NCBI RefSeq assembly: GCF_009914755.1
Contig: NC_060939.1
Length of the DNA stretch: 64,000 bases
Source of the DNA: the human T2T-CHM13v2.0 reference genome, Homo sapiens
Direction: 5' to 3' (one strand)
Part shown: piece by piece, positions 12,885 to 28,790 of the stretch
Numbering within the stretch: position 1 is the stretch's first letter
Layout: each line of letters begins with the position of its first letter
Translations under genes and position numbers: made by a program
Notes under the pieces: generated by a model
Told to the model about the DNA's origin: nothing
The model's database searches: none
What the model saw: only the letters and a program-made list of their open reading frames with translations

Positions 12885-13299
12885 TAATGCTACAAATAGT
12901 CTCCAAGCAAAAGAGAGCCTTAAAGACCCTCTAGCCTAGACCCCTGAATTTACAGGTTTGAAAAAAAAAAAGGTGGCAGTCAGGTAAAGTATTTTCTCCA
13001 GGTCTCTCTGTTCTTTAGAGCTGGAAACAACAAGATTTCCCAGCACACCAACTGGGCTACACACGGATCTCATCAGCTTCTGCCTCAGACCCCCAGGAGC
13101 TACATTTGTGAACCAATACGTTGCACTTAGGGCCACTGATCAAGCAGAGCTGACATCTTTGACTCACCAAAGGCTTGGGCCATGAGAGGAGCAGGTAAAA
13201 TTGAAAGTCATCATCGAACAATCCCGGCTTCCACTAGGCCCCTGATTTCTTTGAACTTTTTTTCAAAAGGCCGTCTTTTATTAAATGGCTTGCTCAGAC

Positions 13300-13403
13300 T
13301 TAGAGCATTGCAGTGGGGCAAGAATAGGAATTGGGTTTGGAAAGACAGAAGTTCTAATCCTGGACATTGTACATTCCGGGGCTTGACCTTGGGCAAGTTA
13401 CTG
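13300..13403 (+). mobile_element. MIR 5' part, interrupted by MER52
   Basis: gttctaatcctgg…tgaccttgggcaagttact. Confidence 0.7.
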
Positions 13404-14049
13404 TGTCACAGGATCCTTAGGGTGTTGCTTTTCCAGGTGGAAACCTATGTGGCTGGTGGTACCTTTCCTGAGTTTGCCTGGGCCCACTGCATTCATTCTG
13501 CCCACTTGTCCCTGCAGGCTGCACTTGGCTTGTGCTACCAGCCTGGATCCCATACCTGCCAAGGGTGAGCCAGGCATGAAGTGGCAACAGGTATGTGAGC
13601 AAGCATGAGGTCCAGCCACTGCATACAGCCAGGCATGCCAGCTACAGCGGGGCAGGCAGCTCCAGGCACCAACACAGGCACCAGCTCCTTGCAAGGCTGT
13701 GACTGGACCAGGTGTACTGCAGGTGGCTTCCACTGCAGGCATGAGGGAATGTAGTGGTTCCCAGAAGCTTGGAGGTGCCAGGAACCACAGAGCCCCAAAG
13801 AGGGTGTCAGCCCTGGGTCAGGGAACCCCTAGGGCTGGGCTCCCCAAAAAGCTGCAGTACTTCTCCTCATTGCCTGCAACCTGGCGAGCAGGGGATGTGT
13901 TTCAGCCCTGTTTGTGCTACAGTTCTTTCAGTCCTGCCATTCAGCAGGTCCCAAGATCTGGTCTAGAGTCCAGGAAGAATGAGGAATATGGATAACTGGA
14001 GGGTGAGCAAGGCGTAGAGGAGCTTCATTGAGCAACAGAACAGCTCTCA

Positions 14050-14186
14050 GGAGACCTGGAGTGGGTAGCTCCTTTCTGCAGGCAGGTTGTCCGAATGAGT
14101 GGAGGAGACCTGGAGTGGGTAGCTCCTTTCTGCAGGCAGCTTGTCCGAATGAGTGGAGGAGACCTGGAGTGGGTAGCTCCTTTCCA
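14050..14186. repeat. 54-bp tandem repeat (~2.5 copies) within MER52
   Basis: ggagacctggagtgggtagctcctttc starts at 14050, 14104 and 14158. Confidence 0.95.
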
Positions 14187-14228
14187 CAGCTGCTAGTCCT
14201 GATGTGTCTGTGAGTCTGGCTGAGTCCA

Positions 14229-14549
<321 letters not shown>

Positions 14550-15404
14550 GAGTCCAGGATTTTTAAGGGCTTCAGAAGGGAAGAAGTGCATGCCGATTGG
14601 CCCATGGGCAGCCACGGGCAGGCCAGAAAAAGCACCATAAGTTCTCACTCTGGGCCGCAGACTTCACCCAGAACTGACAGCTGGGCCCCCATACTTCAGG
14701 CCATCCCTGGCTTGAAAGTGGTGCTTCACCGGGACCTGCCCCTTTCTGCTGAGAAGCCTGTCTGCCTCCTGCCACCATCAATCATGTTGTCCATGGTGCC
14801 CAGGCTGTTCCTGCGGAGGAGCTCCTGCAGGCCCCACCAAGCCACCCTCAGCCCCTGTGGCCTCCCTCCCGTGCTCGATTGCACCCAAAGTCCAAATGGA
14901 GCCAAAGTAGCATAGGGCTGGTGTGTCAGCACCGCCCCAAGCGCACGCAAACCTGGCCGAGTGGCGATAGTGCCCAGGCTCAGCCTCAACTTTACTCGGA
15001 AATAGGAGTGGGCGCCAGGAGCAGGGAGAAGCCAGGAAGCGGGAGCAGGCACTTCTGAGCCTGCGAAGACAGGGAGGCTTCCCCGGCTCAAGAGCACAGG
15101 GATGCCTGGGTCTGCAGCCTCGGCTCTCTGTTGCAGTTGTGCCTGTGAGGGCTGGGTTCCCACCCCACCAACTCAGAAGGGGCCAGGGCTCCCGCCTGTT
15201 CCCAGCTCCTGCTGGCTGCATGGAACTGCAGCCCTGGCCACGCCTCCCTCCACTGCAAGCCGCATCTTCAAAGCGGCCGCTCCAGACAGGCTGCCACTGC
15301 CATCAACTGGGACACCCCGAATGCTTACCCGAAGCAGAGAGATTATAATAACACAGCTCTACTGGGACAAGTAAAAGCAGACGTCGTTTCCTCTACATAA
15401 TCCA

Positions 15405-15590
15405 AAATTAGAACATTTAAAGTGTAAGAACCCTGAATTCGTGTCCTTTTTCTGCTACTCATTAGCCCTCTGACTTCAGTTTCTCCTTTTTAAAAAATGG
15501 GTAAAATAATGTACCTCCCAGAGTTAAAATGAGGTAACTTGGACCTATGTGTTTTACGAGGGTCTTGGCATGTGGAAGATGTTGAACACC
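15405..15590 (+). mobile_element. MIR SINE
   Basis: ctctgacttcagtttctcc…aaaatgggtaaaataat. Confidence 0.65.
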
Positions 15591-16193
15591 CATCCGGGCT
15601 TAGACTCTTTTATTAGAATCTAAGTGACACCACTCACATGAGTCGGGGTAAACAGTGAAACTGGATGTGACAAAGGTGCTGAAGATGATCAAAACCTGTG
15701 GACAGATTATTAGACCACATCAGTTACCACACTGAATCCTTTGGCTGAATACACTATCCCGCCCTCAACCAGTGTTGAGAGGAACAGCAGATCCCCAGGG
15801 GCATCTTTCCCACCCACCTATACAGGTGTGGAAAGGAGGTCTCAGGTACCAGCAGTCAGTCGGCAGCTTCAATCTTTATGCTTCAAATAGCATTGATGTT
15901 GGTGCCATGAGAAATCAGAAATGATGAAGATACAGTATCTGTCCTCAACAAGTTCAGAAGCAGAAATAGGAGCTATAAGGAAATCATCCCTAATTCAAAT
16001 CAGAAAGTGAGGTATGCCAACACAGTAGTGTAATCCTAATCTTTATTGTGTTAGAAAGTTCCTCAAGACGTAGATGGAAGTCCATACCCCAGGAGAATTA
16101 CTCATAAAAATGAAATTTCCTGTTTTCAAAAATGACACATATGGTATAAAAGTGGAACCACACATGGTGATCTTACTACCCTGGGGGGTGCTA

Positions 16194-16775
16194 TGTAAAT
16201 GGGCCAGGGATGGTGTCTGGACATTTTCCTAAAATTGCTCCTATGTTCTTTATTTCTTCACAGGCAGATTAGGGCCTTTAGCCTAAAGCTTGCCAATACC
16301 AAATTCAGATTCTTACACAACCAATTGCTTTAAATATTAAAAATAAAATCCAAATATCTTTAATTTATATTTAAGTCTTAAAAATGCAAAATCTTTTTTA
16401 AAAATCAAAGTAAGCATATATTTAGCCATTTAGAACCTACCTACTTTGCGTACCTCACAAAACTACACCCAACATCTGCAGACCATAGAGGAGACAAGCC
16501 CTGCAGCTGCTAAAGACCCCAGACAGGTGCTGCCCTTCAAGGCTGTCAGAGCCCCCACCTTGCTGCTGCGCAACGTGATGTAGACAGGTGGTCCCTCTTT
16601 GGTTCCCCTCTCCCCTGGGTGAAGGCGTCACACCACTGTCTCTGGAAGGTCTCCTGCTGGAAGAAACTTCCCCCCTCACATAACCCTGTCCACGCACCAC
16701 CCAAGAACACTTGTTGTGTATTTACTGCCTCTCACAGTCGTATTTCTTCCTTGATCGACCCTGAAATCCTTAAAC
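16194..16775 (+). mobile_element. Old ERV solo-LTR-like element (family unresolved)
   Basis: TG start (TGTAAATGGGCCAGGGATGG) and LTR-like body (ttagccatttagaacctacc…taaagacccc…ttgttgtgt); 3' end and TSD not resolved. Confidence 0.5.
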
Positions 16776-17565
16776 TGGCCATAGAGAGCAACCACCATCT
16801 AATGGAATAAAGACTGGAATCATAGACTGAATGTGAGTCCCAGCTCCAACCATGTGCGTGCTCTGTGGCCTCAGGCTGGTTAAATATCCTTTGGAGCTTC
16901 ATCTGTGAAGTGAAGATGCCCACCTCACAGCCTCGATGTGGCCAGGGCAGTGAACACCTGAGGAAGATCCAGAAAAGGAACTCAACAGGGCGTCAGTAAA
17001 GTGCAAGGGATCTTCCCCTGTGTCCCAGCAGAATTCCAGTGTTGGAGCTATGAAAAAATAATGTCTCAGGTCATGGCAAACATCTAGCCCTCCCAAATAA
17101 TGGGAGGCTCCCAAGAGATTACAAGGGAAGTACCTTAATAGTTTAAGCAGTACCATGCTGGTGTCTGCCTGCTCCAGTTTTGCGCAGCTGCACATAAAGA
17201 TGACCATCCACCAGTGGGCCTGAACCAGAGAGGCTCTCTTCCTCGTTTCCGAAGGGGAGTCTCCTACTCCCAAAACTGGTATCTGTTTTCTTGTGGTTTG
17301 AGTGAACCTGAGGTTCCTCAGGTGGCCAGTCAGCCGCCCTGGCTTCTGGTTCCCATTTCAACATCCCCAGCCTGGATGACTAAAGTTGTGGCATGCCTTC
17401 ATCCAGTGTAGACTTGATTCTGGTATTCATCTTCCACTGACCACATCCGTCAGCCCATACGCCCATCTGTCTTAATTCTGGTAACCTGGACAACTGCTGT
17501 CTAGGTACTCCTCCCCATGGGCATTTTCCACACCATAGATCAAGCCCTTGCCAAATGGAACACAG

Positions 17566-17657
17566 TTTTTTTGGGTTTTTTGTTTGTTTTTGAGACGGAG
17601 TCTTGCTCTGTCGCCCAGACTGGAGTGCAGTGGCGCGATCTCGGCTCACTGCAAGCT
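17566..17657 (-). mobile_element. AluY 3' stub
   Basis: tgagacggagtcttgctctgtcgcccag…gcgcgatctcggctcactgcaagct (gcaagct is Y-type); CpGs retained. Confidence 0.9.
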
Positions 17658-17676
17658 TTTGACCTTCTCCCCTGAG

Positions 17677-17849
17677 TCTACAAATGTCCAAGAGATATTT
17701 CTTCTATGATGGAAATATTATATGTCTGTGCTATCCAACATGGTAGCCACTATCAACACTGAGGACTTGAAATGTGACTAGAGCGACTGAGAGACTGAAT
17801 TTGTAGTTCTATTTAAATAGTCCCATGCTACCAAATTGGACAACACAGC
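17677..17849. mobile_element. MER3-like hAT-Charlie element
   Basis: tgatggaaatattata…ccaacatggtagccact…ttgaaatgtgactag…ttggacaacacag. Confidence 0.75.
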
Positions 17850-18039
17850 TATATATAATTTGTACATTCACATGCTCCTATGCTATTCTTTAACCATACT
17901 GGTTAGTTTTCCTTGCTCTCTCTCAACTACAGCTAAATTCCTCTCAAGTCTTAGAGCTTTTAGACTAGGAGCTTAACCAGTTTAATTTAAATAACACTTT
18001 TCCTCTTAGACCTGCATCTCCCTAGGTCATTAGCGCATC

Positions 18040-18400
18040 ACTGGCTATAAGATGCAAGCCGTGAGTGAGCAGGTGCTTTGCACATGGAACATTCTGTATG
18101 TATAGCCCAGAAAGTCTGAGGAGCAGGGAGTCAGCCCTAAGGGAGCTTGTCTCAGACAATGGACATTGGATTTTGACGATGGCAATAGTGGTAGAGGTAG
18201 GGAAGAGAAGCCAGTTTCTAGATACAATTTGAAAGTAGAGTCAGTAGACTTTGAATTGGTTTGAATGCAGTAAATATAAGAGATGATGATATGGAGGAAT
18301 GAAAAAGGACTCTGGAAGTTTGAACCTGCAAAAAAAAAAGCCAGTGCTACTAGAGTTTGGGCACTGGGGAGAAATAGCAAAATGGTTCCAAGTTGCTCTG
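18040..18400 (-). mobile_element. L2 fragment
   Basis: tctagatacaatttgaaagtagagtcagtagactt… antisense L2 body. Confidence 0.5.
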
Positions 18401-19009
18401 TGCAGTTCCCAAGATCCTGAGCCCCACCCAGTGTTATGTCCCAAGTCTCCGAAGATGGCAGCTCCATAGAATGCTTTTTTCACAGTCCTGAGCACTTGCC
18501 CTGTTTGTTACAACCTGGAGGCTTTTACTCATGTCCATGACCCCCCACACACCCCACACTTCTATCTTCATTTTCATTCTATATTGTTCAAGGAGAGCTT
18601 CCCAAAAGATAATTGTCACTAGTCCTGACCTTCTCTAATTCTGCTTTCCATTGCTATGATTGTTATATTGTTACCTTCCTTATGTCACCTTTCTATTTAA
18701 AACCGTGTGATAAGCTGTAGAATATACATTATAGCATGTCATAGGTACAAAATAAGTCCCAAAGTCATTAGCATCCTCTGTGAACATTGCTAGATATCCA
18801 GTGAAGAACTAACAGCCCCCTCCTCTATGCCACTTTTGTGGTTCATTTCACTTACCACATGATTTTATTTTTCTCTAAACCCCATTGTCTTACAACACAT
18901 ACCCTGTCACATGGCAGATACCCAATAGACATTTATTATATCATTGAATTTTACATTTACAATTTTACAGTTTTTCAAAAGTCTTATTTTTCTCAGTCCC
19001 ATTTCCTAG

Positions 19010-19215
19010 AATGTAGTGGCCAGAAGTCACAAATGAAATTAGGGAGAGCAAATAAATATAGTTAAATGTGCCATAATAGGGAGTGGTGGGGGGACTTGTG
19101 ACAAATCACAGAGCATGTGGCCTATCTAAAGTCATTCAAACACACGCACACAAAGAATTAACTGCTGTGTCAGCCAAACAAAAAAAGATTGCAGCAAATT
19201 TAATTTATAGTCAAT
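19010..19215. mobile_element. hAT-Charlie element (MER102/Charlie4z-like)
   Basis: aatagggagtggtgggggacttgtgacaaa…tctaaagtcattcaaa…gccaaacaaaa. Confidence 0.55.
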
Positions 19216-21061
19216 GTAACTCAGTGTACTGGTAGATCACCACTTCTGATCTTCTTAACGTAATAAAGACTTCTTCCCACTGGTATGAAGTTTCTGTGTT
19301 TTGCAAAGTAATTTGTAATTTACAGGACAACGAGGATAAGTAAATAGAAAACTCCTTGGGAGGCTGCAACTAGAGGAGAAATTACCATGAGATGTGCACA
19401 TGAAGTAGTCTAGAGATTCTGAAGCTCCCCTCACCCCAGCCTCTCTGTTGGAGGAGTGACCTTGCTGCTGAGTTCATCCCTGTATGCCCAGCACAATGTC
19501 TGGTACCTACAAGAGGCTCAACAATTACATGCTGAATTAATGAATAAAAAAATTCGATGCAACCAATGCCTTTCCCTTTTCAGCATACTCTTGAAGCTAC
19601 TCTTCCTGACAAAACTCCAGGGGCAGCAAAGACTCCCCATCGCCAAGGTGGGTGTCAGAGACAGCCATGGGACAGCAAGTGGCTGGGCTAAAAGTGCAGC
19701 GCTCAGGCAGAGAGAACCCAGTGCCCAGCAGAGGCAAGAAATGTAACAGGCACTTGCCGTCTTTTCCAGCATGTATGGGTGGTAGAAGTGACTTCCTGAA
19801 TGCTCTGCAATGCAGGGCATAGATAACCAAAGTAATATTGATGAGGATGCACAGTTAAAGCCCAAACCATGAGCATTTGCTGACCAATAGGCTGAGCAAT
19901 CCCTGCAATTGGTAACCTATGGCCTGATAAAGACAGTGACACCTAATGATGGAACAAGAGGATTCAGACAGAATGCAAAGGGACACACGTCCTGGTTATG
20001 TGTTTCCCTAGTCCCTGGAGAAGAGGGCTGGGAGCTGAGGCCAGAATTGCATCATGTATTGGTTATACTTCATATTGCTTAATGGGCTTACATTATCTGA
20101 AAGGTAAATTATACTGAAAGTACCCAGTACTTCCACATTGATTGATTGATTGTTCAAACAACACCCTCAATACTCTGCAAATGGGGTTCATAGTTTATCC
20201 AAAGGCCACAAATTTCTTCACCTTCCCTACCTTGGCACCCAACTGTCTCCTGAATGAACACAGAGCATTCCTCCCATACTCCCACCCTGCCCTGCTGTAT
20301 CTCAGCATCACTCTTGCTCTAGCAGTATTGTCTTTGGTGTGCTTTTTAAACAAGCTTTGAGACTTCTCTCAGTGATGAAGTGGGTGTCTTCTTTCAGTGA
20401 ATTAATAAAACAGTGATTCATATTCCACTTCAATGCTTAAAAAGACTTCAGGGAAGCTTACAGCAATGCATAAACTATAGCTAGATAAAAATAATTTAAA
20501 ATGAATAACAACAATGAAGTAATGGGAATAACAGAATAACAATAATGAAGTAAAGAGAATATCAGAAAAGTTGAAGCCAAGAGCATAGTTTACAGAATAC
20601 AGACAATGAAATCTTATACACTTGAAATGGATGAGCCTCAAAAGTCACAAGAATCAAAGTGTCAAAAAGGAAGGGAGAACACCCTACCTGTCAAGTGGTA
20701 AAAACTATAGCATCGCTTCTCAAGACTTGAAGGGAGTCAATAAGATAATGGCTGTAGGGCACTAAAGATGGTTCTTTTAAATACGTAAATAGTACATGTT
20801 TAGTAAGTGTTGGCTGCTTGTATAAAAAGCACATGAATTTCTTGATACTGAGGCCAGGGAGAACGTACTCTTCAGGTTCTCTCCCAAAGAGTCAACTGTG
20901 TGTTGGATAATGAGCATCCTTATAGGAAATCCAGCATGAGGTCCAACAAGTTCTCATGGTGCCCCCAGAGAAGGCCACGGTGTACCACACCAGCATCCAG
21001 TTCAGTACAGTTCTGCCCATGGCCCTAGGAAGCAGGCTTCTAGTGGCTTTGTCTTCATGTA

Positions 21062-22593
<1,532 letters not shown>

Positions 22594-22595
22594 TA

Positions 22596-24060
22596 TTTTG
22601 AAACTCTGTTATTAGGCACGCAGATATTTAAGAAAGTTGGCCCTTTCATAGATTAACCATTTTATTATTATGAAACAATCTTTTATCTGTAATAATATAT
22701 TTTTGCTCTGAAACCTACTTTGTCTAACATTAATGTAGCCACTCTACTTTTTTTGTCAAGTGAATGTTAGCATGGTATATCTTTTTCCATTTTTTTGTGT
22801 CACTAGTGTGTAAGAACTTTAAGATTGTATTCTTCCATTTCCTTTAAAATTGTATTCTTCCATTCTCCATTTGTACTATTTTGCCATACATTTATTTCTA
22901 CACATGTTATGAACTCCACAATAGATGGGTCATTTTTTAATGGTCAAATATCTTTTAAAGATATTTCAATGATAAAAACCTTTTTAAATTTGTCCCCATA
23001 GTTACCATTTCTGGAGCTTCTTCATTCCTTCGTGTGGATCCATATTTCCATCAGGGATCATTTTTCTTCTGACTGAATGATAATCTTTAATATTTCTTGT
23101 AATGAAGTTCTGCTAGTGATGAATTATTTTAGTGTTTCCATGTCTAAATTTTTTAAATTGTATCTTTGTTTTTGAAAGATATTTTGCTAGCTTGACAGGA
23201 TGGTCTATCAGTACTTTAAAAATATTTTCCACTGTCCTCTGATGTGCATTCTTTCTGATGAGAAATCTGTTATTTCTATCTTTGTTTTTCTGTACCTACC
23301 TAATGTGTTTTTTTAAAATATCTGGCTGCTTTTAGAATTTTTCTTTATCACTGGTTTTGAACAATTTGATTATGATGCACTTTGGTGTAATTTTCTGTAT
23401 GTCTCTTTTGTTTATAGTTTGCCTAGATTCTTGACTTGTGGGTTTACAATTTTCATGAAATTTGGAAATTTTGGGGCCGTTGTTTATTCCAGTATCTTTG
23501 CTGTCATCTCTCCTTCCTCCTCTTCAATTACTTGATTATTATACCATGTGAAGTTGCCCCAAAGTTAACTGGGTTTTTTTCCAGGGTTTTTTTTTTCCAT
23601 TTCATTTTAGACAGTTATTATTGCTAAGTCTTCAAGCTCACAAATCGTTTCTTCTAATGGTTATCCCAACCAGTGCATTTTTCACCTTGGACACTGTGGG
23701 CCTTTTTATGTATTCTATGTCTTTACTTAGTATGTTCAGTGTTTCTTGTAGCCTGTTGAATATACAGAATACATTAAAATAACTTTAAATATCCTGGTCT
23801 AGTAATTTTATTACCTATGCTATTTCTCTCTCCTCATCTCAGGGAGGTCTCTGGGCACTCCTTGGATTTCCTCTCCCCGCACTACAGCCCAGAAACTCTC
23901 TCCAGGCCACGAGCTAGGGACAATTCACCTAGATTCATCCTTTCTCTCAGAGACCACTGCCCTTCATTGCCTAATGCCCAATATCTTGAAAACCATTATT
24001 TCATATATTTTCTCTTTCTTTTTTGAGGTGAGAGAATCAATGAAGCCTGCGTTACTCCAT
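22596..24060 (-). mobile_element. Old L1M fragment (ORF2 start/ORF1 region)
   Basis: ttttgaaactctgttattaggcac… T-rich antisense L1; joins tcttcatgta on the other side of Tigger3b. Confidence 0.75.
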
Positions 24061-24548
24061 CTCGTCCAGATGTTCTGGTCTTGTCTCATGGATGATGTCA
24101 GGCATCTGATTTCAGCTCCGCCAGGCAGCAAGAAGTGTCTCACCAAGTGCTCAGCTGCAGTGGTCTTCTTACAGGCTGTAGTTTTGTTTGTTTGTTTGTT
24201 TGTTTGTTTGTTTTAATTATCTTCCTCTCTTCTAACTTTCCTGGGTCTCACACTTTCCTAATTTTCTCCTTTTCCCTCTTTCTGTTGCTTCCACCCTCTC
24301 TGTTTTTACTCTTTCTCCTTCCTTCTCTCCTGCTTCCTCTCAAACTTTCAACAAACATTCCCAGCCACTAGGTGACAGGCGCCCAGCTAGGCTCTAGGGA
24401 GACAAAGATGAATAGGACAGGATTCTGGCCTCCAATGAGCATTTTGGGTTTCTCTTTCCAAAGCCCCATGCACTCTCCTCACACATATATTCTGACAAAT
24501 CACAACTGAAGACTGGGGGGGTGGGGGGACTCTCTACAAGTGTCCAGA

Positions 24549-24554
<6 letters not shown>

Positions 24555-24584
<30 letters not shown>

Positions 24585-24593
24585 TGTGTGTGT
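24555..24593. repeat. (TG)n microsatellite
   Basis: Direct observation; one CGCG interruption. Confidence 0.95.
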
Positions 24594-24679
24594 ATTTTAT
24601 AAGATGTGTATCGTTTTCAAAATTGGTCTGGAACAAATTAGAAAAAGAAACCAAAAAGCACACCAGTGTCATTCAGCTT

Positions 24680-24890
24680 AGTGTGAGAGAACGAGTGCAC
24701 ACTTTGGAAACAGACTGTGTGTCTCTTCATCGTTTAAAGTTAAGCAAGTCCCTTACCTCTCAGTTTCCTAAGCCAGAAATGAGGGAAGATAACCCAATTC
24801 CTCACAAGACCGCAGTGACTATTAAATGAGATAATGTGTAGAAAGTGACCCTGCAGCACCTGGCACATAGTAGGTGTTCGGTAAATATTG
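24680..24890 (+). mobile_element. MIR SINE
   Basis: ctctcagtttcct…attaaatgagataatgtgtagaaag…cctggcacatagtagg. Confidence 0.8.
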
Positions 24891-25213
24891 GTTTCTCTTT
24901 CCCTATTGTCTTTTTCCAAAGAACCTAATGCTGTTTGTAATTCAATGCTTTTGCCATCATATTACCACACTCTATAAGCGATAAAAACTCAAACAAACCA
25001 AAAGTTGGTGCCACCACCGTGAGTATACTCTGAGTACTTAGGTAGAAGAATTAAATTAGCATAAAGTTCGAAGGTAAAAGCTGCCGCCTTTCTCACAGGG
25101 TTAACTCTTTAGTGACCCTCTCATGGTGTGACACTGTCACCATAACTGCTGGTGTCAAGAATTCAATTGAAAACCAACAGCCTGAGGGTTTTAAAATCCT
25201 GTACCTTTAGTAA

Positions 25214-25591
<378 letters not shown>

Positions 25592-27549
25592 CAGATGCTT
25601 CTTTTTTAAGGAGGAATTGACTTTATGTTAACTTGCTATAAAGAGAGAAGCCAATCAGAAGATCCACAGGACAAAAAGCTATGAGAGCAAAAGGGCATAT
25701 GAAGACAGGGACAGGGCTTAAGGCACTGCCATGGCTTCCCGAGGCAATGAGGATAAAAGCTTATGCTGAGGTCATGATATGCCTGCCCCATTTCTCCTAC
25801 ATTCCCCCGCCTCCCATCTGTCTGTTGTGCTGCTGCCTTCATGTCTCCCAGGTGCCACCTGCTGTCACATCTTTAAGCCTTTGACCTTGTTATCTTCTCT
25901 GCCTGCAGCACCTTTTCTCCTTCTTCCTAGACCAACCCCGGTTCCACCTCTAATACTCAGATAGAAGCTTGCATTTCCAAGAAGCCTCTCTGACTCCCCT
26001 CACCCTTGCCCTTCAGGCTTGGTTAGATCTTCCCAAAGCTGCAGCCATCGTAAAGTGGAAAAGGAAAGAATAAGCACAGATCAATAAGGCAAACTTATTC
26101 TTTAGTTTAGTTGAGTTTACATAGAAATCTGGAATGACATTTGTTGAGAGGCTAATCCCTAAATGGATTCTGGACCATAGAGAGATTTTTCCCATAAGAT
26201 CAGAGTCTAGCCTATACTTAGCAGCCTCACAATGGGAGAGTGGCTGAAATGAAATCAATGCCTGAAATGCTGGATGTGGGAAACACACACAGGAAAAATA
26301 TTACAGTTATACATAAGGAAGTGGCCCCTGCTGAGTGCAGCGCATACACCAGTTCACAGCAAAGGCTCCTGTGACATCCCCACTTTAATACACACTGCCT
26401 CATCTCTGTCCTCTGCTTTTATGACAGGTCAAATAAAACTACCAGAAAACTGCAAGGGAATGTTACAAAGACCATCATGATTAAGAAGCCATTTTTCTTT
26501 TTGTTCTGGGGTGCTGAGATCTCACTGCAGGAGAATAAAGCCTGTATGATTTGGTGTAAATTCATACACATGCACACACTCGCCGCATATAAATGCAGGC
26601 AAGAACAGCCATGGGCATGAGCTCATTGTGCAGACAGATCATTTGCACATCCAATTAGGTGAGAGGAGAAATCAGAAAATCCAATTACTTCATCTCAGGT
26701 ACCCTAAGTTATTATTTCCTCCCAAACCTATTTTCAGGATGAAGACCACCCTGACAATATGCAATCTGATACTTCTGTGTGTGCACTTAGTTACTGCACA
26801 ATCTGTATCTACAACTCAATGCTCATATTCCAAGTTGGAATCTCTTTCAGGATGCAACCCTGCTTCCTTCAAGTATGTAGTTCGTATTAAGTTTAGAGCT
26901 TTTCTCACAACAAAATCATAGGGGAATGAGTTATATTTTCCTTGTTTCAGTCATTGTCAGTTGGGATTTCAAAACACTTATTTTACCAAGTGCTTGTTTA
27001 TCATTCTAATTGGTTTATGACTGTGTCAAGATGATGAAAGCAACACAGCAATAAACAAGTAAAGACTGTATTTTAAAAATCTTAATGAATCAAGCAAATC
27101 CACATACTATCAGTTGTGAAACTAGGTGGAAGCCCAAGTCAGATGCACAGGGGTTTATTCAGCTCCTAATACCTGTGTCCCACGCAGCCCCCAAATGACA
27201 GACAGAAGCGACAATAGGCCTTTCATGACAAAGACAAAAATCAACAGTGGCCTTGTTGCTTCTCCATGGTCTTGTTTAATGGCCATGGGAAACCACTGAC
27301 TACTTTAAGGCCAAATTTTTCTCTGAATATTGGTGAAATGGAAAACGTATCCCCATATCTGGTCCAGGGTATAATACAGAGTACTTGAAAAACATTAATT
27401 GAATAAGTAAATATGTATAAGATATACGTGTATATAATTTGCAGAATACGCTGGCACAGTATGTCAGAGAAATTTAACCCTGAGGGCCTCTTCTAAGAGT
27501 CATTCAGCTTTGCTGTCATCAAAACAACATCCTTCCCAGGAATGTAAGA

Positions 27550-28790
27550 GCAGATCAACATCTGGGAAATCTATGCATGTAATGTACCACATTAATAGAC
27601 TGAAGGAGAAGAGTCATGTGATCATCTCAATAGATACAGAACACGCATTTTAGTACACTATAAATAGAAAGGAAAGAAACTTCCTTGAATTGACAAAAAG
27701 TATGTACCAAAGCCTATAGCAAACATTATAATTAATGGAAAAACTGGACTTTTTAAAATTAAAAATAAGACAAGAATTATTATTACTACTATTGCTTATG
27801 GTACTAGAGGTCCTAGCATATGTTTTAAAAAATGATACATAAACGAGAAGGATGTTAGGACAAAAAGGCAAACTGTCATTATCTCCAGGCAACATATTCC
27901 TTATGAATAAAATACAACAGAATCAACAGATAGACTATTAGGATCACTAGTATTGTTCAGGAAGAAAGCGAAATACAAAATCACACAAAAAAATTAACAG
28001 CATTTTTCCACACAAGCAATACACAACTAGAAGATACAACTTTACGAAAGTCATGATAGCTACAAACATTATAAAATATCTGGGAATTGACTAAAGGAAT
28101 ACACAAAATTACTATTTTTAAATAGAAATAATATTTTTAAACTCTAACAAGAAATCTAAAAGAAGATCTGACAAATGGAGAGAATGTCCTTGTTCTTTAG
28201 ACAACACCAAGTCTGGGACATGGAGAGAGGATCAGGCTCTGCCGGTGGGAATATAAAGTGGTGTGGTCATCATGGAGAGCCATCAGATTCGCCACACCTA
28301 TGTCCTATGACACAGGAATCTGGTGGTCAGGTTCAGATCACCAAGAACCTCCCACAAATGCTCAAGGAGATATGGGTAAGAATCTTCCCACCGCACTGTT
28401 TGGGATCTGGAGAACCAGAGACAGTCTAGGTGGCTACTCTTGTGGGAGTCGGAAAGCATCATGTGTGGGATAAAATACTCTGCCACCACTGGAAGCAAGA
28501 GACAGGAGGCACATGCAGCAACATGAATAGATCTTTAAGGCACTCATACTGAGTGGGGAAGAAAAAGAAACAGAATGAGATCAACAGCCGAATACTGTTT
28601 ATGCAAATTAGAAAGCATACCCACAAACAAACAATACATATACATTTTTCAGCAATACATGCTAATAAACAGATATATATAGGATATTGTATATTATATT
28701 TATTATATATATATAATATCTTAGCATGGTTGCTGTAAGGGAAGAGTGGGAGGAGGCAATGGAAGTGAGGAATGGGGATTTGGAAATAAA
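27550..28790 (+). mobile_element. Old L1M ORF2 remnant and 3' end with internal deletions
   Basis: cacattaatagactgaaggagaagagtcatgtgatcatctcaatagat encodes HINRLKEKSHVIISID, the L1 reverse-transcriptase motif region. Confidence 0.8.

Noticed and set aside
14050-14186. CRISPR-like repeat array
   Set aside because: Contiguous 54-bp tandem units without unique spacers, inside a human LTR
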